In this document: piece by piece, positions 19,397 to 27,724 of the stretch
Numbering within the stretch: the stretch's first letter is position 1
How the letters are laid out: every line of letters starts with the position of its first letter
NCBI RefSeq assembly: GCF_017519145.1
Contig: NZ_JAFWTA010000021.1
Length of the DNA: 64,000 bases
Direction: 5' to 3' (one strand)
Origin: Ruminococcus sp.
GTDB lineage: Bacteria; Bacillota; Clostridia; Oscillospirales; Ruminococcaceae
The notes under the pieces: generated by a model
The model's input: only the letters and a program-made list of their open reading frames with translations
What the model was told of the DNA's origin: nothing
Databases searched by the model: none
Position numbers and translations under genes: made by a program

Positions 19397-21604
19397 ATGG
19401 AATATCTTGAAAACAGGGAGCTGTCATGGCTCAAATTCAACAAAAGAGTACTGGAGGAGGCAACAGACCCCGATACTCCGCTGCTTGAGCGGCTCTCATT
19501 CTCTGCTATATACCAGAGTAATCTGGACGAATTCTTCATGGTCCGCGTGGGTTCTGTCACAGACAAAGCCAAGAGCGAGGGCAAGAAAAAAGATAAATTC
19601 TCGGGCATGAACGCTGCTCAGCAGCTCGATGCCATATTCACCGCAGTACGCAGGCTCCAGCCCTCAGTGGAGGAGGCTCTCCGCAGCACTATGAAGGAGC
19701 TGGCTCCCTACGGCTTTGAGCACGTTACCTTTGACAAAGCCACCAAAGAGGAGCAGACCTTTCTGGAGCTCTACTTCAAGCGTGAACTGAAGCCCTTTAT
19801 ATCGGGAATAGTGGTCAACGACGCACTGCCCTTCCCCTTCCTCAAAAACAAATACATCTACGCAGTTGTGCAGCTTGGCGCCAAAAAGGGCGTATCCATC
19901 GGCGTTATCCCTGCCTCCACCAGCCGCTCCGAGAGGATAATCCATCTTGGTAAGGACGGCAAGAGATTCATACTGGAGGAGGAGGTCATTCTCCGCTTCG
20001 CACACCTGCTGTTCAAGAACTACAAGGTCATGGACCGCGCTCTCATCAGAGTCACCAGAAGCGCCGATATCATGGTATCGGGCAGAGGTCCCGAGTTCCG
20101 TCAGCGCATGGAGGAGCTCGTTGACAAGCGCCAGAAGCTGGCACCCGTGCGCCTTGAGATATCCGACGTCTTCAACCGCACTGCACTGGACTACCTCTGC
20201 AAGAAGCTGAAGCTGAAGAACGTCAATGTTTTCACCTCCCGTATCCCTCTTGACCTTTCCTACCTCTATACTTTGCAGGAATACGACGATGACCCCAAGC
20301 TCCACTACGTCCCCAGAACCCCCAGAAAGCCTGCGGCTCTGTCGGACACAAGACCCGTTTTCTCACAGGTAAAGTCAAAGGATATGCTGCTCAGCTTCCC
20401 CTTTGAGTCCATAAATCTGTCCTTTATAAGGCTCCTTCAGGAGTCCGCCAATGATCCCAAGGTCACTTCCATAAAGATAACCCTCTACCGCCTTGCAAGG
20501 AACAGCAAGGTCATCGACGCTCTCTGCACTGCCGCCGAGCAGGGCAAGGAGGTGCTTGTCATGATAGAGCTCCGCGCAAGGTTCGATGAGGAGAATAATA
20601 TCGAATGGTCAAAGCAGCTTCAGGAGGCAGGAGTCAAGGTCATCTACGGTCCCAAGGACTTCAAGGCTCACTCCAAGCTTCTCCTCATCACCCGCAAGGC
20701 TCAGGGCGGCGGCTTCGACTATGTGACGCAGATAGGCACGGGCAACTATAACGAAAAGACCGCTGCGCTCTACACCGACCTCATGCTCCTCACTGCCGAC
20801 AGGGATATCGCTGCCGACGCCGAGGCTGTATTTTCGGGACTGCTCAACGGCACCTTCGTTGAGAACACCAACAAGCTCCTTGTATCTCCCCTCGCTCTCA
20901 GACCGCAGGTGCTGGAGCTCATGGACGGACAGATAGAGCTGGCTAAAAGCGGCGGAAAAGGCTATATCGCCGCAAAGGTGAACTCCCTCAACGACCCCGT
21001 CATCATAGACAAGCTGGTCGAGGCTTCACAGGCAGGCGTAAAGGTAGAGCTCATAGTCCGCGGACTCTGCTGCCTTATCGCAGGAGTACAGGGCTATACC
21101 GAGAATATCACCGTCCGCAGCATCGTGGGACGCTTCCTTGAGCACAGCCGTATATTCATCTTCGGCGAGGATGGTCCCGACCAGAAGATATATATAGGCT
21201 CAGCCGACTATATGAGCAGGAACACCGTCCGCAGAGTTGAGGTGGCTGCACCCATTGAGGACGAGCGTCTCAGAAGACGTATCCGCGAGATGTTCCGCGT
21301 GCTTATGCGCGATAACGTCAAGGCAAGGATAATGCTCAGCGACGGCAAGTATATCCGTGAGCGCAGGAACGCTGATACTCCACTTAATTCGCAGGAGTAC
21401 TTCTATGACGAGGCTTACAGACGCCTTGAGGACAAGGCAGCAAGACAGGAACAGCTCCGCGTGAACCGCGAAAATGGCGCTGCAAAGAAAAAGACAGCTG
21501 CGAAAAAAACAAAGACTGCTGCTAAAAGAACCGCCGCAAAAGCTGCCGCCGATACTTCCCCCAAGCCAGCTGCAAAGCGCGGAAGGAAGAAAAAGTCCTC
21601 ATAA
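19397..21604 (+). CDS. ppk1: polyphosphate kinase 1 with a Lys/Ala-rich C-terminal tail
   Basis: N-terminus NRELSWLKFNKRVLEEA. Two PLD-like modules (HSKLLLITRK, LEHSRIFIFG). Tail AAKKKTAAKKTKTAAKRTAAKAAADTSPKPAAKRGRKKKSS. Confidence 0.95.
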   Translation: MEYLENRELSWLKFNKRVLEEATDPDTPLLERLSFSAIYQSNLDEFFMVRVGSVTDKAKSEGKKKDKFSGMNAAQQLDAIFTAVRRLQPSVEEALRSTMKELAPYGFEHVTFDKATKEEQTFLELYFKRELKPFISGIVVNDALPFPFLKNKYIYAVVQLGAKKGVSIGVIPASTSRSERIIHLGKDGKRFILEEEVILRFAHLLFKNYKVMDRALIRVTRSADIMVSGRGPEFRQRMEELVDKRQKLAPVRLEISDVFNRTALDYLCKKLKLKNVNVFTSRIPLDLSYLYTLQEYDDDPKLHYVPRTPRKPAALSDTRPVFSQVKSKDMLLSFPFESINLSFIRLLQESANDPKVTSIKITLYRLARNSKVIDALCTAAEQGKEVLVMIELRARFDEENNIEWSKQLQEAGVKVIYGPKDFKAHSKLLLITRKAQGGGFDYVTQIGTGNYNEKTAALYTDLMLLTADRDIAADAEAVFSGLLNGTFVENTNKLLVSPLALRPQVLELMDGQIELAKSGGKGYIAAKVNSLNDPVIIDKLVEASQAGVKVELIVRGLCCLIAGVQGYTENITVRSIVGRFLEHSRIFIFGEDGPDQKIYIGSADYMSRNTVRRVEVAAPIEDERLRRRIREMFRVLMRDNVKARIMLSDGKYIRERRNADTPLNSQEYFYDEAYRRLEDKAARQEQLRVNRENGAAKKKTAAKKTKTAAKRTAAKAAADTSPKPAAKRGRKKKSS

Positions 21605-21635
21605 GTCATTTATATGCGAAAAAGCAATAAAACAC

Positions 21636-21664
21636 TTGAAACTTTGCCGATAATATGATATAAT
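21636..21664 (+). promoter_or_regulatory. sigma-A type promoter for pssA
   Basis: TTGAAA, 17-nt spacer, TATAAT. Confidence 0.55.
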
Positions 21665-21728
21665 ATCTGTTATACCCTGTATAAAAAACGGGTATGCGCG
21701 GCAAAAAGTTTTATTTGAGGTTTGGATA

Positions 21729-22370
21729 ATGATTGGATATTATAACTATACGGTTATTCTTACATATATGAGTCTCATCTCGTCTGTCATAGGTATGTTC
21801 TTCGCGGCAGGCTTCGGCGGGATGGAACGTCACCCCGAATATGCCATAATATGCCTTATGGTTTCGGGACTGTGCGATATGTTCGACGGCAAGGTCGCCC
21901 GTACAAAAAAAGACCGCACCGAATGCGAAAAGAAATTCGGTATCCAGATAGATTCGCTTTGCGACGCCATCTGCTTCGGCGTCCTTCCCGTGGTAATCGG
22001 CTATTCCGTAGGCATGAGAGACTGGGTAGACCTCCCCATACTGGTGCTGTTCCCGCTCTGTGCCGTCATAAGGCTCGCATACTTCAATGTGGCTGAGGAG
22101 GAAAGGCAGAAGAAGACCGCGGAAAACCGCAAGGTCTATGAGGGTCTCCCCGTTACCAGCGTGGCACTGATACTCCCCCTGCTTTACAGCTTCCATAAGG
22201 ATATCGGTGAATGGTTCCCGGAGGTATACGGCGGCGCTCTCCTGCTCATAGCTCTCGCCTTCATCACCAGATTCAAGGTCAAGAAGCCCAGTATGAAGAC
22301 CATGCTCTGCTTTATCGGAGTAGGTGTGGGCGAGCTTATCTGGATGCTCTACAAGACCAAAACAAGATGA
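21729..22370 (+). CDS. pssA: CDP-alcohol phosphatidyltransferase, probable phosphatidylserine synthase
   Basis: DMFDGKVARTKKDRTECEKKFGIQIDSLCD matches the D-G-x2-A-R-x8-G-x3-D-x3-D motif. Polytopic membrane protein. Confidence 0.8.
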   Translation: MIGYYNYTVILTYMSLISSVIGMFFAAGFGGMERHPEYAIICLMVSGLCDMFDGKVARTKKDRTECEKKFGIQIDSLCDAICFGVLPVVIGYSVGMRDWVDLPILVLFPLCAVIRLAYFNVAEEERQKKTAENRKVYEGLPVTSVALILPLLYSFHKDIGEWFPEVYGGALLLIALAFITRFKVKKPSMKTMLCFIGVGVGELIWMLYKTKTR

Positions 22371-22460
22371 ATGGAGGGCTGCTGCGGTCTGCGGCAGCCC
22401 TTTCGGATTAACATACTTTTTACCGTGATACCCCTCAGGTATCCCATAAGGAGCGTTAAT

Positions 22461-22925
22461 ATGAAAAGTTTTTCCTGCTTTGCATTCCTCGCTGCTGTCA
22501 CGATGTGCTCTGCATCCTCCTGCGGCAGCCGCCCCGTTTCTACCGACAGTGTCACCGCAGCTGCGGAGGTACACAACACCATGACAAATGACGAGATAAT
22601 CTCCGCAGTCACCGGAAGATGGGAAACTGTCTCCGAGCTTGTGGAGGGCAAGGACACCATGAAGGACATCAAAAGCTACATCTTCCACGATAACGGCAAC
22701 GGAGGCTACTTCGACCCCGAAGGAACTCCCCACCAGATCGGCTGGAGCATCGGCGAAGGCGGCAGCATACAGATATTCTATGTGGAGACAGAACAGCTTT
22801 CGGGAAGATATACGCTTATGGGTGACGAAATGGTCATCACGGAACAGAACGGCGATAAGGTCTGCGAGACCCACCTCAAAAAGGTAGCCGAATTCTCGAA
22901 CAAAAACATAAAGGAGACTCAATAA
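22461..22925 (+). CDS. lipoprotein, one GxWE/lipocalin-like module
   Basis: Signal/lipobox MKSFSCFAFLAAVTMCSASSCG. Module GRWETVSELVEGKD...KKVAEFSNKN. Start moved to the internal ATG carrying the signal peptide. Confidence 0.6.
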   Translation: MKSFSCFAFLAAVTMCSASSCGSRPVSTDSVTAAAEVHNTMTNDEIISAVTGRWETVSELVEGKDTMKDIKSYIFHDNGNGGYFDPEGTPHQIGWSIGEGGSIQIFYVETEQLSGRYTLMGDEMVITEQNGDKVCETHLKKVAEFSNKNIKETQ

Positions 22926-23410
22926 TGAAAAGGTTAGTTATTATCACCGCTGCTGCCCTTATGCTCATGTGCTGCGCCATAGGCTGCGGAGCCAAGCGCG
23001 ACAAGAAGTATATCGGCAAGTGGGAAGCAACAGAGATGATGATGGACGGCACCAAGTATACCGATATGCTGGGTGTGCCTCTGTCAGCACTGTTCAGCTT
23101 CGAGATCAAAAAGGACGGAAAGGTAATTTGGAGATCGGCTGTTGATAACAAGGTCATCCAGAACGCCAACGAGAATGTGGACATAACATGGAAACAGACA
23201 GGCGACGATTCCATACAGATAAAGGTCACCGACCTGAAAGGAAAAGAACCCGACAATACCATGGACATGAAATATCGTGACGGAATGCTGGTAATAGAAG
23301 AAGAAGGCTCATACATCAATATCACAAAGGTAGACGAATTTACCGAGATAAATCCCGACGATATCAATGCTGCGGCAGGTGTCATCCAGAATTTCGGTAT
23401 CACAGGTTAA
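22925..23410 (+). CDS. lipoprotein paralog, one GKWE module
   Basis: MKRLVIITAAALMLMCCAIGCG lipobox; IGKWEATEMMMDGTKYTDMLGVPLSALFSFEIKKDGK ... KVDEFTEINPDD. Confidence 0.65.
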   Translation: MKRLVIITAAALMLMCCAIGCGAKRDKKYIGKWEATEMMMDGTKYTDMLGVPLSALFSFEIKKDGKVIWRSAVDNKVIQNANENVDITWKQTGDDSIQIKVTDLKGKEPDNTMDMKYRDGMLVIEEEGSYINITKVDEFTEINPDDINAAAGVIQNFGITG

Positions 23411-23422
23411 CAGGAGTTTATC

Positions 23423-24340
23423 ATGAAAAAACTATTTTGCTATTGTATGACAGCTGCCCTGATAACAGGCTGTATCTGCGGATGCAGCAGCAAAACCTCA
23501 AAGGTCTCGAACACAAGCGGAAACTCCTCGCAGGTCTCAGAGAACGATATCAATACTGAAAACAACGAGGCAAAGCCCTTTCTCGGCAAGTGGGAAGCCT
23601 ATAAAGCCCATGTTCTCGACGAGGAGTATGAGAATGAGTATGCAGGATATCCCATCAGCGCACTTATGAAGCTGGAGATATTCGAGGATAACACAGCAGC
23701 TATCACTACTGCCCTCAATCCCAGAGGCAAGGACTGCACCAACGACTATTACAAATGGAACATAACCTCCGAAGACGGCAATGATACCCTTCATATCCGC
23801 AGCGATGAGGACAACTACGACTGCCGTATCGAACAGGGACAGATGATAGTAACATATACCGATGCAAATGACGGCTCTGTTATCTATCTGCTGCCCGTGG
23901 ATAAGTTCAGCGAGACACAGTCCACCACGGAGGCAGGTCTCGACAAGGTGGACTTCAGCGGATATTACGGTAAATGGGAGTCGGAAGAGGTCACCGCCGA
24001 GGGCGAGACATACACCGACACCATGGGCGAATACCCCGTGAACGTAGCCTTCAGACTTGAGCTCAGCGAGGGCGGCTCCTCCGTAATGAACGTGTTCGGA
24101 GAGCCCATAGATTACGACTGGGAGCCCGAAAACAAGGATGAGCTCTATATGTGGGACGACTATGAGGGATTCTCTGTGAAAATGGACGGCGATAACCTTA
24201 TACTTGACAACGAGTACGGTCTTGTGATCAAGCTCCGCAAGGTGGATGAGTTCACGGATTATGACTTCTCAGCCGCTGCGGACTCAGCTCCCGACGACGA
24301 CGCTATCCTCGATCCCGAGGAGACCGAGGAGACCACATGA
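23423..24340 (+). CDS. lipoprotein paralog, two GKWE modules
   Basis: Lipobox LITGCICGCS. Modules LGKWEAYKAHVLDEEYENEYAGYPISALMKLEIFEDN...VDKFSETQS and YGKWESEEVTAEGETYTDTMGEYPVNVAFRLELSEGG...KVDEFTDYDFS. Confidence 0.65.
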   Translation: MKKLFCYCMTAALITGCICGCSSKTSKVSNTSGNSSQVSENDINTENNEAKPFLGKWEAYKAHVLDEEYENEYAGYPISALMKLEIFEDNTAAITTALNPRGKDCTNDYYKWNITSEDGNDTLHIRSDEDNYDCRIEQGQMIVTYTDANDGSVIYLLPVDKFSETQSTTEAGLDKVDFSGYYGKWESEEVTAEGETYTDTMGEYPVNVAFRLELSEGGSSVMNVFGEPIDYDWEPENKDELYMWDDYEGFSVKMDGDNLILDNEYGLVIKLRKVDEFTDYDFSAAADSAPDDDAILDPEETEETT

Positions 24341-24374
24341 GATAAACGGACTTACCGAACATAATACAAAAGCT

Positions 24375-24417
24375 TTGCCCGAGGCGGTCTGCAGATCACT
24401 TCGGGCTTATTTTTTTC
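24375..24417 (+). terminator. Rho-independent terminator after the lipoprotein array
   Basis: GCCCGA...TCGGGC stem followed by TTATTTTTTT. Confidence 0.6.
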
Positions 24418-24468
24418 TCGGACACACATCTTCACTATCCGTCAAACACCGAAATTGATTGCTGATAA

Positions 24469-24497
24469 TTGACTTTATCCCCCATAAATGGTATAAT
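24469..24497 (+). promoter_or_regulatory. sigma-A type promoter (extended -10) for the ior-paaK operon
   Basis: TTGACT, 17-nt spacer ending in TGG, TATAAT. It leaves a roughly 200-nt leader before the iorA ATG. Confidence 0.6.
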
Positions 24498-24700
24498 TGT
24501 ATTAAGTGTGGACTTTTTGAAGTATTAAAGGGCATCTCTAAAAATCCATTTCAGTAAGAAAAATCAGATAGGTGCGGAAGATGCAAGGAAAGCTCCCGAA
24601 GGTGTGCTGTCGCACTGCGAGGGAGGTTGACGCAGCAGATGCCGTGCATAGCTGGTTTTCCTTGGAAGGGGTTTTTAGAGATACCCTAAAGGAGGATACT

Positions 24701-26518
24701 ATGCATAAGGAATTTTTAATGGGTAATGCTGCCATAGCCCGCGGCGCTATCGCAGCAGGTCTGAATTTAGTATCAGGCTACCCCGGTACTCCCTCCACGG
24801 AGGTACTTGAAACTACCGCAAAAGCCAACGACGGCTCAATATACGTCGAGTGGTCGGTAAACGAAAAAGCCGCTATGGAGCTTGGTGCAGGTGCGGCTTA
24901 CAGCGGTGCACGCTCAATGGTGACCATGAAGCAGGTGGGTCTCAACGTGGCTTCCGACCCCCTTATGAGCCTTGCCTATATCGGCGTAAAGGGCGGCATG
25001 GTCATTCTTGTGGCTGACGACCCGGGCCCCATTTCTTCACAGACAGAACAGGATACAAGACATTTCGCCTCTTTCTCAAAGCTTCCCTGCTTCGACCCTT
25101 CGTCTGTACAGGAAGCATATGACATGATACAGGAGGCTTTCGAGTATTCCGAGAAATATCACACACCCGTGCTTTTCAGACCTACAACGAGAGTCTGTCA
25201 CGGCTACGCTTCCATTGAGGTCAAGGACAAGGAGGAGTACAAAGTAAACAAGCCCGAGGGCTTCGTCAAGGACTCATCAAAGTGGGTCATCTTCCCCCGT
25301 CTTTCCTACAACGCTCATATCCATATCGAGGAGCGCAATGTTGAGCTTTCCAAGGTATTCTCCGAATATGAGAGAAATATCATCACCGAGGCAGACGATA
25401 AGGACTGCCGCAGGGGTATAGCTACCCACGGCATCAGCTACACCTACACTATGGAGGCTCTCCGCGGAAAGAGCGCACCTAAAGTATTCAAGGTGTCAAC
25501 ACCTTTCCCCTTCCCCGAGCAGGCTGCCGTAAAGTTCCTTGAGGGACTGGACGAGGTGCTCTGTATCGAGGAGCTTGACCCCATCATCGAGAGAGAGCTC
25601 ACCTATATCTGCGGAAAGTACCATCTTCCCACAAAGATACTGGGCAAGCTGACTCACAATGTCAAGACCGCCGGCGAGAACACCTGTGCATCAGTTGCCG
25701 CAAACATCGCGGAATTCATGGGCTGGGAGAAGCCTGCTGCCGCTGAGACAGAGACTCCCCCCGCACTTCCCGTAAGACCTCCCGTGCTCTGCGCAGGATG
25801 TCCTCACAGAGCTTCATTCTTTGCTGTAAAGGAAGCAATGAAGGGCAAGAAATCAGTATTCTGCGGCGATATCGGCTGCTATACCCTCGGAAACGCCATG
25901 CCTCTCGACATGGTGGACACCTGCCTCTGCATGGGTGCAGGCGTGAACATCACTCAGGGTATCGGCAAGATAGAGCCCGACACCAACTGCTTCGCATTCG
26001 TGGGCGACTCAACATTCTTCGCATCCGCTATAACAGGCGCCGTGAACGCTGTCTATAATCAGGCAGACATGACACTGGTAGTCCTTGACAACTCCACCAC
26101 CGCCATGACAGGTCACCAGCCCCACCCCGGCACAGGCCGCACCATGATGGGCGAGGTGGTCGAAAAGGTCAGCATTCAGGAGGTCCTGAAGGGCGTGGGC
26201 GTCAAGACAGTTGAGACCGTTGATCCCCTTGAGCTCAATAAGGCTATCGACACGGTAAAGCGTGTTTCCGCCGAAAAGGGCGTCAAAGCCATCGTGTTCA
26301 AGTCACCCTGTGCTGTGCTCATCAAGGGCAACAAGCCTGCTGTTATCGACAGCGAAAAGTGTACCTCATGCAAGAAGTGCATAAAGACCCTCGGCTGCCC
26401 CGGCATCGTGCTCAGGGACGGCAGGGTAACTATCGAAAATTCCCTGTGTACAGGCTGCGGACTCTGTTCGCAGGTATGTCCTTTCGGTGCTATAGGAGGT
26501 GGCGAAGATGCAGAGTAA
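24701..26518 (+). CDS. iorA: indolepyruvate:ferredoxin oxidoreductase subunit alpha
   Basis: MHKEFLMGNAAIARGAIAAGLNLVSGYPGTPSTE start after AAAGGAGGA. TPP segment GDIGCYTLG...GDSTFF. C-terminal ferredoxin-type Cys clusters CTSCKKCIKTLGCP and CTGCGLCSQVCP. Confidence 0.9.
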   Translation: MHKEFLMGNAAIARGAIAAGLNLVSGYPGTPSTEVLETTAKANDGSIYVEWSVNEKAAMELGAGAAYSGARSMVTMKQVGLNVASDPLMSLAYIGVKGGMVILVADDPGPISSQTEQDTRHFASFSKLPCFDPSSVQEAYDMIQEAFEYSEKYHTPVLFRPTTRVCHGYASIEVKDKEEYKVNKPEGFVKDSSKWVIFPRLSYNAHIHIEERNVELSKVFSEYERNIITEADDKDCRRGIATHGISYTYTMEALRGKSAPKVFKVSTPFPFPEQAAVKFLEGLDEVLCIEELDPIIERELTYICGKYHLPTKILGKLTHNVKTAGENTCASVAANIAEFMGWEKPAAAETETPPALPVRPPVLCAGCPHRASFFAVKEAMKGKKSVFCGDIGCYTLGNAMPLDMVDTCLCMGAGVNITQGIGKIEPDTNCFAFVGDSTFFASAITGAVNAVYNQADMTLVVLDNSTTAMTGHQPHPGTGRTMMGEVVEKVSIQEVLKGVGVKTVETVDPLELNKAIDTVKRVSAEKGVKAIVFKSPCAVLIKGNKPAVIDSEKCTSCKKCIKTLGCPGIVLRDGRVTIENSLCTGCGLCSQVCPFGAIGGGEDAE

Positions 26519-27083
26519 TATCCTTATCTGCGGCGTAGGAGGTCAGGGAATAGTCCTCACCTCAAAGCTCATCGCCGCAACAGCTATGGAGCATGATATC
26601 CCCGTTATGAGCGCCGAGACCATCGGTATGGCTCAGAAGGGCGGAAGCGTTTTCAGCTTCCTGAGACTCGGCGATGATATCTACTGCCCTATGTTCCCAG
26701 AAAAAACCGCTGATATAATCATCGGCTTCGAGCCTGCCGAGGCTGTCCGTATGCTGCCCTATCTCAGGGACGGCGGTCAGGTAGTCGTCAATACCCACCC
26801 CATCATGCCCGTTACAGCTACTCTCAGCGGCTCTGACTACACAGGGAACGAGATGCTGGATTACCTTCAGCGCAACGTGGAGAATGTGGTCCTCGTTGAC
26901 GGAAACCGCGCTATCGAGGAGATAGGCTCACCCAAGGTGCTGAACATGGTAATGCTGGGTGCAGCCGTCCGCAACGGCGTGCTCCCGTTCTCAGTTGACT
27001 ATATCGAGGACACCATGAAAAAGACAGTAAGACCCCAGTTCGTAGAGCTCAACAGCAAGGCTCTGCGCTATGACTTAAAATAA
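26508..27083 (+). CDS. iorB: indolepyruvate:ferredoxin oxidoreductase subunit beta
   Basis: NILICGVGGQGIVLTSKLIA motif. ATG at 26508 follows GGAGGTGG and overlaps the iorA stop. Confidence 0.9.
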   Translation: MQSNILICGVGGQGIVLTSKLIAATAMEHDIPVMSAETIGMAQKGGSVFSFLRLGDDIYCPMFPEKTADIIIGFEPAEAVRMLPYLRDGGQVVVNTHPIMPVTATLSGSDYTGNEMLDYLQRNVENVVLVDGNRAIEEIGSPKVLNMVMLGAAVRNGVLPFSVDYIEDTMKKTVRPQFVELNSKALRYDLK

Positions 27084-27112
27084 ACTGACACAGACAAGGA
27101 GCTATACAATTA

Positions 27113-27694
27113 ATGGAAATCAACTACGTTGACCCAAATACCGCCGCAGAAAATGCCGGTAACGTTTTACCATCAAGAGAAAAATTCGACTATATAAGAG
27201 ATGAGCTGCTTCATGTAAAGGGCTTCAAGAAAGTCTACTTCAACAAGCAGTTCAAGCGTCTCGGAGGCTACCTCATGAACGGCGATACGCAGCCCGCGGT
27301 GGTAGTATCCCTATCACCGCTGATAATATCCGCCTACTCAGACGAGATGGACGGTGTGCTGTTTCTGAAGTTCCCCGATGCTCTGGCTGATATGTACGGT
27401 CTCAGCGTTGGAGCGAGACTTGTTACATCAAACATCTATATCCCCGGAAACAAGCCCGTAAAGGACGTCTATGCAGGTCCTTACTATATGGGCAATTACT
27501 GCGACTTTACCCCCACTGTACAGCTCTTTATGTGCGACGGCGAGGACAGTATAAGGAACCGTACCTCCCTTTTCGGCGAAGACGTCTGGAAAAGGGTCGA
27601 GGAGATGTCATTCTCACGCTTCTCACAGAAGCACAAAACAAGGGACGGCTTTCAGCTAATGACGAAATTCAGTTTACTGTTGCTTATCTTCTGA
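27113..27694 (+). CDS. hypothetical protein inside the iorAB-paaK operon
   Basis: 193-aa ORF with 30-nt gaps to both neighbours. No motif recognised. The C-terminus is hydrophobic (FSLLLLIF). Confidence 0.45.
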   Translation: MEINYVDPNTAAENAGNVLPSREKFDYIRDELLHVKGFKKVYFNKQFKRLGGYLMNGDTQPAVVVSLSPLIISAYSDEMDGVLFLKFPDALADMYGLSVGARLVTSNIYIPGNKPVKDVYAGPYYMGNYCDFTPTVQLFMCDGEDSIRNRTSLFGEDVWKRVEEMSFSRFSQKHKTRDGFQLMTKFSLLLLIF

Positions 27695-27724
27695 TAAATG
27701 TTAATGTGAAAGGAAAGAATCATC

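Noticed and set aside
21711-22922. 403-aa ORF on the minus strand
   Set aside because: It is antisense to pssA and to the first lipoprotein gene. Its composition (V/L/G/A/D/H-rich, no motifs) is typical of a shadow ORF opposite real GC-rich coding sequence. The plus-strand genes have clear motifs and RBSs.
24572-24700. 43-aa N-terminal extension of iorA. Similar extensions exist for pepV, rpsT, nrdR and several lipoproteins.
   Set aside because: In each case an internal Met is preceded by a strong RBS and matches the family N-terminus or the signal peptide. The extensions have no RBS support.
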